Positions 28,901-41,700 of a stretch of 64,000 nt of DNA are shown here, one piece after another. This DNA comes from Octopus vulgaris (Eukaryota): positions 115,568,001 to 115,632,000 of the forward strand of contig OX597815.1 in NCBI GenBank assembly GCA_951406725.2, read 5' to 3'. Position 1 is the stretch's first letter; every line of letters begins with the position of its first letter. The translations under genes were made by a program, and so were the position numbers. A model generated the notes under the pieces. It did no database searches, was not told the origin of the DNA, and was given only the letters and a program-made list of their open reading frames with translations.

Positions 28901-31900
28901 CTTAATTTATCAACCCTAAAAGGATGAAAGGCAAAGTCGACCTCGGCGGAACTTGAATTCAGAATGTAAAGACAGATGAAATACCTATTTCTTTACTACC
29001 CACAAGGGGCTAAACACAGAGATGACAAACAGATTAAGTCGATTATATTGACCCCAGTGCATAACTGGTACTTATTTAATCGAGCCCAAAAGGATGAAAA
29101 GCAAAGTGGACCTTGGTGGAATTTGAACTCAGAACATAACGGCAGACGAAATACGGCTACGCAATTTTGCCCAACGTGCTAACGTTTCTGCCAGCTCGCA
29201 GCCTTAAACACAGACAAAATACCGCTAAGCATTTCACCCATCGTGCTAACGTTTCTGCTAGCTCTCCATCATATTTCTATTTATAATATTGAACCAACTT
29301 AGGTTGAGTTAAGAAACCCTGATTTGTCATAACCATACTAAATTGTCTTCATTAACTTCCAATAAGCACTATTCGACATAAAAATAAAATGTTAAAAATG
29401 TATAAAATACTTCTGTTGAAGCTATATATAAGTTTGTAGAACTTCAAAATAAATGTTATTCTTTTTACTGTTTTTGTTATTGCACTCGCTGAATATTTGA
29501 TATTTATTTATCAAATATATTTACTTGTATTTTTTTGCTAATTTGACAAATCCCAACTTTACTTTCAGATCATATGCACAACTTGAATTCATATGTACGT
29601 GACTTTTATTTTTTCCATCGAAATATCTACCCACAACTGAGCTTAGTTCATATGAACCCAGATGCTGCCTTTCAATCACTACAAAAACAGGTACATATTT
29701 AGTTCTTTAATTTGTTTTAGCTACCATGGCTAAGGCCATGCTAGAGCACCAACTTTAAAATAGAACGTTTTGTCTCAATGTCATCTCTATGTATATCAAG
29801 AGGCCTTGTGTTTGTATTGGATTTTCAGTGTATGTGTATCTTTAATTGATGAATCAATAAATTCATGAAAACTGTTTTACTTTGGTTGTTAGCATTTTCT
29901 TAGTGGCTGAGCTGGTTTCCAAGAAATATATCTAGATGTATTTTTAAAACCTTAGGGGGAAAACCTTGATCATATTTCATACTTCTATAGGGAAACAGTT
30001 TTACCACTGATAATCTTTGAGCAATAAGACTGTTGCAATATAGATTCCTGTTACAAGAGTTTGTGGAAAGTACAATACGTTCTATTCTCCTTCTTCCTCT
30101 CACTCTCTCTCTCCCTCCCTCCCTCCCCCCTCTCTCTCTCTTTCTTGCACATGTATTTATACATACATACATATAGATATACATACACTCATTCATGTAT
30201 GCATGCATACAACAAACCTTGGAGAATGGAGTTAGAAAATCATTTTTAAAACTTTGTTTACAATTGTAAACATAATATTCTTTACATTTACAAAGTTTTG
30301 AGGAATTATCTCAGGCATTAGCTCATGGAAATTAATCAATAGTTGCCATCATTGGTTACATTGGATAGTGATGAAATAGTTGTAAATGATGTATTAAAAT
30401 GATTTGCTAACTCCATTCTTTAATACTTGTTATTATACATACTCCATGGATATTTTGCAGATTTCTGGATAATTGAAGTGGTGACATTTAAAATCTTCCC
30501 ACTTTTCAGTTTTCAGGCAGCTGATGTCCATAGAAGTGTTTCATATGATAAAGATAATCCCAATTCACTTGCTATGTATAATGCATGTATACATACAGAT
30601 ATATATATATATTTTTTTTTTATTGTTAGAAAATCTCTGTTCAAGACAGAAGCAGTATACAACCAAAAAGTAGTGTCTATTGCCACTTTAAGTGTGTGTT
30701 CTCTAAGAACTGATAATACTGCTACTTTAACCCCATGAAGACATCTCTTCCACCTGGTTATTTAGTGTGCATTCACACTCAATATTTATAATACATATAT
30801 ATCACTCCAGATCTTTATCTTTTTCCTAATAATTTATGCTAATAATGAAAGTATACTGTCTTAACTTGAATTTATTTAAATTCTATTTTCTTTGTAGGCT
30901 TTTGTCTTAAAGTTTGTAGAATTTGGCAAAGTACTGTTTAGTAATGCTGTTTTACAAAGTACCCAGTCACACCAGGTAAATTTTTATGCATATTTTATCA
31001 TATTCCTTTTTATGTTATTTTTTAAATAAGTTAAATTGTGTTTTTTTTTTGGTTTTTGGATATCTTGCTATATTTTTATTATGATTGAGATATTTGTCTC
31101 CAGATAAATGATGTGGATCTGTCCTTTGTAATCAAACTGAATTTGATCAAGAAATTCCTAAAATTATTGTAAACCTTTCATGTGTGCACATGCATATTGG
31201 CCATCTGAATACAGAAATTTCTAATTATAATTTTTTTTCTTGTTTTAGCTTCAAAACCATGTTTCATTCTTGCATGAAGAATTTATGAAGCTTCCAACTT
31301 TTCCACGTAAAGCATTGGAAGCAGAATTCAATTTGTACTGTGGAAACTGGGGAAAGGTATGATCAATTTGAGAATTATGTTGTTTTTTTAATCCATACAC
31401 AATGTTAGACTGGGATTTTTTTCTACATCCCTTAAAGTATGTGTAGTTTCAAGTAATATGGAACACAGTGGAGTGTTGACATGTTTCATATTATACAACA
31501 AGATAATTTTTGAAAACAAATGTGAGCAACAATTATGTAAGTTTAAGGCTACCAATCTACTAAATGTTGCAATAAAAATTTGACAAAATATTACAAAGGG
31601 GTTTGCAGCAGTCTTCAGCAAACTTATTGGGCCAGAGCAAATTTGTGTTTTTTCCTTGGGGTAGTCATAGAGAACTACCTACAAGTGCTGAGAGACATAA
31701 ATGAGTTAGATCAAAATATAAGTTTGGTTAGAATTATCTTAAATTTGACCTTTGCCAGTGCTGAACATTAGTATATCTTTACAGTTTTTATGATATTGAG
31801 ATTTGAACTGATTTTCTGAATTGAGATGTGTAGGACAGTGTTTTCAGCAGTTAATATGAACATCTGCACAGTGACAAAGATCCTAGCAATGCCGTCACAT

Positions 31901-33210
31901 TTCAGGACCAGTTACTGCAATATCCTGGGTTTTGGGGACCCACAGCGTTTTAATATTCTCCTAAGAACCTAAGGAACCTACATAAAGTGGATGTAGGTGT
32001 GTTCAAATCAAAACTGGATCTCTTCCTGTTGAAAGTCCCAGATGAACCTACCTCATGGCAGGAGACACAACTGAGGGTAGTGACATCAAACTCCCTTATT
32101 CACCAAATCCAACAGATCAGAGGAGGCTCTCAATAATAACAGCATAGCCACAGCTTTGAGCTGAAACTGATAAAATAAAAATAAAAAAATGTTTTAAATC
32201 TGAATATATATTCGAAATTAGTGATTATTTCATTAAACATATCTACTCTCATTACTTTAAGGTGGCAAGCTAGAAGAATCATTAGCATGCCAGGTATTTC
32301 ATCTGTCTTCGCATTCTGAGTTCAAACTCTACTGAGTTTCCACTGAGAGACAGAGAATAAGGTGGATGGGGGGATGAGTGAGTGTAGAAGAGTGGTAGAG
32401 AAAGCGAACATGATAGAGAGAGTGAGAGAGAGATGCAAAGGGGTGTCAAGAAGGTGGTGGATTTATAGGAAGGGGTCAGTAAAAGGAAGAAAGTGATGAG
32501 AGGGTGTCAAGTGGTGAAGAAGCCATGGTAGGAGAATTTTTGTGAAATAGAAGCAGGAAAGAGTTGTCATAGAGGTAAGTGGAGGACAGTGGATGAATGC
32601 AATGAGAGCATCCCAGCCATCACCTTAGTTTTCATATTCTCTACACCATACTTACACACTAATGAGGGTCTTCTCCAGCACCACATGGGGTGGTTCTTTT
32701 TTGCAGGTTTCAGCATTTTGAAATTAGTCTTCACTGCATTTTTGTTTATTAATTATTAATTCAATGCATTTATTAATTTTTGTTTCCTTATAATTAGGAA
32801 CTATATGGAATGGATACACTACACAAGTATTCATGGGTAAAAGTGAGTATATTTTATTTAAAAACTCATTTTAAAAAATTGTAAAGTTAGCAGTGTTTCC
32901 TTCAAGGATTTCATTCAATAAGCTACATATTCATTCTCTGCTACAACTCTCTTCCAGAGTTACACATTTACCTCTAACATACTTCCAAGTACAACTCGCT
33001 GCATACTTTCTTTCTCAAATCAAAACAAACAAAACCATTAAAAAAAATACACACTTATTCTGATTTTAATGTATTGTCTAATTCATCTCTAATTCTTAAT
33101 TTTTTTTCCACTGTAACAGTGGTCTTTTCTTGCTAGTGCCAGCTATTAACTGTAGTCTCCTTCTTAGAATCTAAACTATTTTTGGACCTTTTTTTTTCTC
33201 TCTCTCTCTG

Positions 33211-33246
<36 letters not shown>

Positions 33247-36200
33247 TCTCTTTCTCTCTCTCCCTCCTATATATATAAATATATATATTTGTCTCTCTCC
33301 CTCTCTTAAGAATAAACGTGAAATAACTAATCTATCAGATCTATTTTATATAATAAAAATTATAATGCTATAATGAACTCTGTAATGGATATGAAGATAT
33401 GGGCCAACAGCTCATAATCCTCTTCCTCATCTATTTATATAATAATCTCATGTTTAAGAAATTTGCTTCACACTTACATAGTTCTGGGTTTCTTTCCACT
33501 ACATGAAGCTGCATGAAGAGTGTCTTCTACCAAAGCCTGATCAATAGATATCTAGCTAAGAAGTTCATGCAGTCATAGTTTTTCTTTTTCAGGGGCTTAA
33601 TCAGAAGACAAAATACAGTGATCCATGCTCTTTCTGTAAGGCATTTGAGACAGCTGGAGATAGAGCATAGAAGTATGACTCATGGGTTATTTCTAGACTG
33701 GAGATCTGGTCCAAATGCTGGAAGCATGGTAAACCCGAAAAGCACCCGAAAGCCAATGATGGCATCAAACTTTAGTCGATTATGTCTACAGTTCCAAGAA
33801 CAAGTTCAGTCTAGTTTCTGTTTACCCAATTTTACTCACAAAGCTTGAATTGACCCAAACTAAGATAGAAGATACTTCTCTAAGGTGCTATGAAGCAGGA
33901 AGAAACCCAGACCTATGTGATTGTGAAGTGGACTTCTTAACTACACAGCTTTTGGTCAGGTAGATGAGAAATAGGACCATCAACTGTTGGATATATTTCC
34001 ATTACATAACACAAGAATTCCTATTTATTTACTTCAGCAAAAATAGTGACCATTTCTTTTTTTTTTAATTACATGTGATGGATTGGCTTTCTGTTGTAAT
34101 ATAATCCTACAATATACAAACGTATACGGTCTCTATAATATTTGCTTTCCTTCTGCCTTGTTGAAAACACCCATCGAAAGTTTATTCGACATGTGTTGTT
34201 AATTTTATTTCTTAATTCAAAATATTTATTTTTCCTTCCTCTAATAAGCTTGGTGACTTATGAAGAAACCATCATCATATTTATTTATCAATGCTATTGT
34301 TCATACTACACATTGTATTCTTAGCTCACATATAAACAAGAAAGTACATGGCCAATATTATCATTTTGTTTCATAGATTTCTGCAAGCTGCTGGGCTGGT
34401 TCTTGCCTACAGTCATTGTAGTGTCAAGTAGATGAGAGACGAGTTACCTCCGGTGTTGTTTGCCAGTCTATCAAAAGTAACTTTTCTCATGAACAGAAAT
34501 AAATCCAGCACTGCAAACTAACAAACCACTAATTTACTGTCTTACCTGTATGTCTACTTAAAGCTATGTTGACTGAACCATTGAGAGCTATGTATCTCAT
34601 TTATGAAGTGCTGATAACAGATTATTATCCACACCCTGCTACTTTGCTGTTTCTTTCCTGGTTCTGTATTAAAACTGAAACACTTTTTCTTGTACATGCC
34701 ATTCTATTTCATACATACAATAGCCTATCTCATATGACTGCCATTATTTAGATGCTAAGGAGTGACAGTTATATCTCTATAACTGAAGGTTACTCACTAA
34801 TGACCACTCTAACAACAATATCAGCAACAATAACACCTAATCACACTAAATCTCTGACACATTTTCTTACTATTATTTCTTACTTCAATGATTTATACAA
34901 ATCATTTATATCCTGCTCCATTCATATTTTTCACTTTATATCTGCTGCTTTTTAAAATATTCTCTGATTTTATATTCTTTTTTTTTTTTTCCAGTTGATC
35001 AATACCATGTTCTCATCAATGAGCAAGACATTCAACTGGTCCAACGACCTACCTCTCTTCTTAAATGTTCTCAACGGAACTATAGTGCTACATTGTGAAG
35101 ACACAGCTGTCCTTAGAAACTGTTTGGCTATTCTTATAAACACATCAAAACATTTTAAGCATATTTTTTCTACAAGTGGGTATGTGATCTCATTTCTGTC
35201 TTCCTTTCTTCCACTTTTATTTATTTTTTGTTTGAACCAATCTATTGTTCAGCTGTGAATCTGGTCTTTAGGTTACTGGATCCATGGGACATACTCAGAC
35301 CTTCACTCAACTACTTACGCGCTATAGGTCATCGTTAGCAAGGCTGGAGAGGACTAAACAAAAACAACTGTTTTAGTATTCTTTATCTCACTCTATTGAT
35401 AAGTCATTGAAAGAATGAGAAACAGAGTTACATCCCTTGCATCTAAATAGTTTGCAGCAAGCAACGTATGTTTTTTCAGAAAAAGGAAGATTAAAAACAA
35501 TGTCAAGTGTTCAGGATGGTGGGAAATCTCACATCCAGACCAACATACATGTGTGTTTAATACATGTTAAATTGACAAGAAATTAAGAAACTTTAGAATC
35601 CTTATAAAAATAATTAGAAAATTTAAAAGTAAGAGGAAAATCATTATCATCATCATCGTTTAACGTCTGTTTTCCATGCTGGCATGGGTTGGACGGTTTG
35701 ACGGTGAGTCAGAGGCTGCACCAGGCTCAATCTGATCTGGCAAAGTTTCTACAGCTGGATGCCCTTCCTAATGCCAACCACTCCAAGAGTGTAGTGGGTG
35801 CTTTTACGTGACACCAGCAGGAGGGCCAATCAGGCGGTTCTGGCAACGACCACGCTCAAAAAGTGTTTTTTATGTGCAACCTGCATGGCAGCCAGTCCAG
35901 TGATACTGGCAACGACCATGCTCGAATGTTGTTTTTCACGTGCCACCAGCACGGGAACCAATCCGTGCCCCTGGCAACGATCGCGCTTGGATGTGCTTTT
36001 AACATTCCACTGGTACGAGTGCCAATCAGGCGGTACTGTCATTGACCATGTCAGCTATTTTGATTTGTTTTCACTTGCCTCAATAGGTCTTTGCAAGCAA
36101 AGTTCATTGTCCAATGAATGAGGGGTATTCATAAGTGGGCCGGTTACACCCCCATGTTCGGATATGCTTTTAACATTCTACTGGCATAAGTGCCAATCAG

Positions 36201-37465
36201 GCAGTACTGTCATCGGCCATGTCAGCGATTTTGATTTTGATTTCACTTGCCTCTGTAGGTCTTCACAAGCAAAGTTTATTGTCCAAAAAAACAACCAGAT
36301 TTCCCTGACACCTACAAGAATTAGTTAGTACAGACTGCCAACTGATGCAGTGGAACTGTATCAGTAACTAAATCTTGGATACATAACAACATGTTTTGAC
36401 ACTTTATTGTTTATAATGTAATCACTAAATAAAATGAAACAAAATTAATAGATGTGTCGAATATGACTATCATATCATGACTCAAATGAGGGGGCATGGC
36501 CTAGTGGTTCAGGTATTATACTCACAGTCACATGATTTAGTTTCAGTTCCTGGACCAAGTGATGCATTGTGTTCTTGAACAAAACATTTCATGTTGCTCT
36601 GTGACTACTTCAACACCATGCACCAGTACAGGTAATATCAGTTTGATAGACTGAGTGACCTAAGTTATAGCACAAACATTTAATCACTAAAGCAAATCAT
36701 CTGTGCAGGTTGTTCAGTAAGAAATTACAGAATCCTCAACTGTCATCTACAACAGGAAAGTTCATTATCGCAATTCTACAATTGTGTAATCATTTCAGTC
36801 TCTGCATAAAATATCCCTGGCCAAACAAGTACAATTTTGAAATGAAACTAAGCATATTATTACAAGTTTACTACTGCAAGTTTTAAAACATTATGTGTAT
36901 ATATATATATATATATATGTATATTCCAGCTTCTTGCATATAATGCCAACTATTCTTCGAGTGTACAGCAACAACCAACCAAACACCGTCCTGTGTAAAG
37001 CTATAGAGTTCACTTGCCGCCAATTTTACATCCTTCACAGAAAACCTTTTATACTTCAGGTATAGTAAAACAAACTATTAAGTTTCATATTTAAGTGAAT
37101 TACTTGCTTTAAGAACAAATGATGTCTTGTTTTATATGCATGCATGCATACACACATACATGTGTGTATTTGCGCATGCGTGTGTGTGTGTGAGTTAACA
37201 GAACTTGAAAGAATTCCGTTGTATATATATGTATGCATGTGTATGTGTATAAGTTTCTGTCTCCTTGCCTTGACATTGTATGATAATTGTAAGCAAGTGT
37301 CACTGTCATGCAAATCATGTCCTTTGTTTCACTCTTCCACAGAAACACATAGAAATGGGAAAAATACCTCACTTAGAAATAGGTGAAGGTTGGCAACAGT
37401 AAGGGCATCTAGCCATAGAACATCTGCCTCAACAAATTCCACCTAACCCATGCGAACATGGAAAA

Positions 37466-37499
<34 letters not shown>

Positions 37500-38715
37500 A
37501 TAAATATTAGGGAATGAATCCAAAATTACAGGGAAAAATCAGATTTAGGGTTAAATCCAATTTTATAGTAAAATATTATATAATATAATTCGAGACAAAA
37601 CCACTATTTTAAAATCAAACAAGGAAAGACTTAATCATACATAAAATTTTAATATAAATTAAATAAACCGCCACTACAATTGTTTCATGTCTGCTACCGA
37701 CAATCTTCAGGTGGATTTTCAATCTAAAAATATCAATATTTTAAAATATAATTTTAAATAATAAAAATAATAAAATAATAAAATTATCAATGAAAGAATA
37801 TAAAAATAAAAATATATAATCTATATATAATCTATATATCTATATATAATCAATATATAATCTAAAATAATCTAAAATAAACCCTATAAACAATTGAATA
37901 TAAAACCTATTATAAAAGTTCTCATATTTAAAAATGTACAAAAACCAAAACACAACAAGCAAAAAACAAAAAACAAAAAATAAACTATATATACACACAC
38001 ATGCTCATACACTCAACACATTACTTATTCATACTTCCTCACACACACATACAACACTCATTCATAAACAATATACATATACCCGCTCACACATACATAT
38101 ACATACACATACATACAGAACACGATATATACCAATATATAAACACCCACACCCATACAGATAAATAAATTACGCAAACAATCACACACACACACACACA
38201 CATTCACACATACATAAACACTCAAAAGAAAACCGAACAATTCTTTGTGTGTGTGAGGAAGTATGAATAAGTAATGTGTTGAGTGTATGAGCATGTGTGT
38301 GTATATATAGTTTATTTTTTGTTTTTTGTTTTTTGGTTTTTGTTTTTTGCTTGTTGTTTTTTGGTTTTTGTACATTTTTAAATATGAGAACTTTTATAAT
38401 AGGTTTTTATATTCAATTGTTTATAGGGTTTATTTTAGATTATTTTAGATTATATATTGATTATATATAGATTATATATAGATTATATATTTTTATTTTT
38501 ATATTCTTTCATTGATAATTTTATTATTTTATTATTTTAAATTATTTTAAATTATATTTTAAAATATTGATATTTTTAGATCGAAAATCCACCTGAAGAT
38601 TGTCGGTAGCAGACATGAAACAATTGTAGTGGCGGTTTATTTAATTTATATTAAAATTTTATGTATGATTAAGTCTTTCCTTGTTTGGTTTTAAAATAGT
38701 GGTTTTGTCTCAAAT

Positions 38716-38755
<40 letters not shown>

Positions 38756-41700
38756 ATCATTGTAGAGCCACTACTTTTATACTATGTACATTAATTCAAG
38801 CTAACTCGACCAAAAGAGTGAATAGATGACATGGACATTCCAAACGCACTTCTCCCCCAATGATGATTTTCATTATTTCTCTGGTACATTATCATGCAGT
38901 TTGAAATATCTCACATCCCTCATTTTCACCATTGTAGAACATGTGCAAGCCTCTTACTTTTTACCTTTCTCTCTGCTATATACAGTTGATAACTAACTTC
39001 TCTTCTATACACTTGATATTGTTCTCTGTAGCCCCCACCCTCCCACTTCTAGTCTTTCCAAGTCTGTTTTTCAGCTTTCATGGCTGCATTTAAGGTGCTA
39101 TTCAACTTCCATTTGACTGTTACCTTGCATCACCTATAACTCTACAGCCATCAGAAAGATACCTTGTTGAAATTCCTGCTTGCCCTCTATGTTATAAGTC
39201 TCTAGTTCCTCCCTCATGTCAGGTGTCAACCAGTATTTCTCTAAACATACAACTTTCAGTTTCTGTATGACCTCTCTTTAAATTGTACTATGTCTTTGAG
39301 TGCATATGTAATTTTATAATTTATCAACTTAACTAAAATGCAAAAACAGGAAGTAATTATGTAATATGAAATATTTTACCCACTTCAAATATTTAATAAG
39401 CTGTTGATATATATTTTCAGATGTTTGGCAGTACTGCACCAATTCTAGATATGGACAGCTGTGTAACAAGAGTGTTTGACTGTAATAAGGTAAAAATTTC
39501 TTTCTTTATATTGTGTATGCTATATCTTCGAAAAATCATCTCATCAACTATACAAAATGTCCAGGTTAACATGAAAAAAAACTTTTTTTACTCAAAAAAA
39601 ATTTTGCTACTTGAAACAATAAACTACCAAATGACAGTGAAATAAGTTGAAATAATCTCTCTCTCTTTTTATTTTTTAAATTCCAGATACAACCTGAGTG
39701 CTTATTCAGAATTATCCTTGATATTGGTCATTCTGTTAATGATAATTTGGACATCCTTGATTTAGTCACTGGAGAGAAACCACTAAAGGCACTAGTAAGT
39801 TTTGACAAATTATAATTGAATCTCAATATTTGTTTTCATTTTTGTTTTTTTTAGATTTTGAATAACATACATTACTAGAGCAAGTTCTAGAAACACTAAA
39901 TCTGAAATCTATTTTACCTTACAGTAAGAACAAGTTCTTTTACATTAACAACACTAATGGTGACATAACTATGATGTTATGTAACTATAATGCCACCCAA
40001 TTTCAATATGAAATTCCATACTTATTTAAGAAATCATTTTTAAATATAATTATTGTGATATTCTTCACAAAATTTGGAAACTTAGCTGTAGGAATTTTTT
40101 TAATTAGAACTGCAATTAAAATAATAATAATGAAATTATTGTATACAGTGCTCATGTGCACCACAACTTGTCAGAAAGTGCATATAAAGTACATGCAGTA
40201 ATGAAGAAATGTCTGGAAAGTGAACATGCTTGTGTGTGTATGGAGGGGAGAAAATCAAGTGTAGTGTTGGCGAATCTCAGGAAGCATGGAAGTCTTGAAG
40301 GATGCAGTGCTCCGACAACTAACAACCGATGCCGGCAGTTTGTTCCACGCTTCAGCAACTCTCAGCATGAAAAAATGTTTCCTGAAGTCATGGGAGCTGT
40401 GCTGTTTTCTTACTTTGTAAATATGTCCACGGGTGTTAGATGGGTGGAGTTTGAAGAGGTGCTCAGTGTTATTGTTTGTGCGATGGTTGATAATTTTATG
40501 GGTGTCTGCCAGGTCAGCTGCCAGACGTCGGAGTTTCAATGTGTCCATGCCCAGGGAAGTAAGGCGTTCAGGATATGGCAAATGACTGATGGAGGGTATT
40601 CTTTTGGTTGCACGTCGCTGAACAGCTTCCAGACGATTGATGTCCTGGGCAAGATAGGGGTTCCAGACCGGTGATGCAAATTCCAGGTGAGGTCTTACCA
40701 TAGCTATATAAAGCCGCAGATAGATAGCTGGAGAGCGGCTCACAAAGGATTTGGTGAGTGATGCCAAGACACCCTCAGCCTTCTTAGTCGATATTTCAAT
40801 TACATTTGAGCTAGTGTGAGCCATAACACCTATAAGGTTAATGCCATTCTTTATTGACTATCTGATAAAAAGTTCAACTCTTACTATTGAACCTTTTATT
40901 TTGAGCACCTGGGAAATATGTATACATCTATTCCTCAATAATACTCCTTCCCTCAGTTGAGGGCACTTATCTTGTAAATTATTTGGTATCCACACTGCTG
41001 CTGGTGCCTTTTAAAAAGCACCCAGTCCAGTGGTTGGCACTAAGAAGAGTATCCAGCTGTAAAGCTCATGCCAAAGCAGACAATAGAGGTTAGTACAGTC
41101 TTCTGATTTGCCAGCTCCTGTTGAAGCAGCCAACCCATGCCAGCATGGAAAACAGATGGTAAATGATGATGATGATGTGTGCCTCAGTCTACCTGAGTAA
41201 TTTCAGGTTCTTACCCTATTTCGTAATTATATTGGTTATTATAAAAGCAGCATTCAGTGGTAAAAAAAAATTCGTCCTTTCTAATTTTGGCACAAGGCCA
41301 GCAATTTTGTGGGAAAAGGGAAGCTGACTGCATCAACCCCAGTACTCAAGTGATACTTATTTTATCAACCTTGAAAAGATGAAAAGCAAAGTCAACCTTT
41401 GCAGCATTTGAACTTAGAATTTAAAGAGCCAAAAGAAATGTCACTGAGCATTATTTTGTCCTGTATGCTAAAGAAAAAATATTATTTCTCAAAATGTCCA
41501 GATTTACAAAAATCCATCTTGGTCATATAAACCAATACAAAAAAGAAAGTGAAAGTATATTTAACAAACTAAAAGAAGACCATCCTCAAATATATAACGA
41601 TATTTAACTAATATAAACTATTAAACCAAAACTAAAATGGAAAAATTGATGAAATACAATGATGACATTGTGATTTTGATGATGCTTGTTTTTTTGCTTA

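Larger units (their letters stand above)
37497..38722. mobile_element. Young fold-back Penelope-like element, ~470-bp near-identical inverted arms, inserted in (TA)n
   Basis: Arms ~37577-38049 and 38246-~38720; spacer ~195 bp; (TA)n on both sides; one hammerhead motif in each arm. Confidence 0.8.

Noticed and set aside
40156-40674. 172-aa plus-strand ORF
   Set aside because: Antisense shadow of the CR1 LINE ORF.
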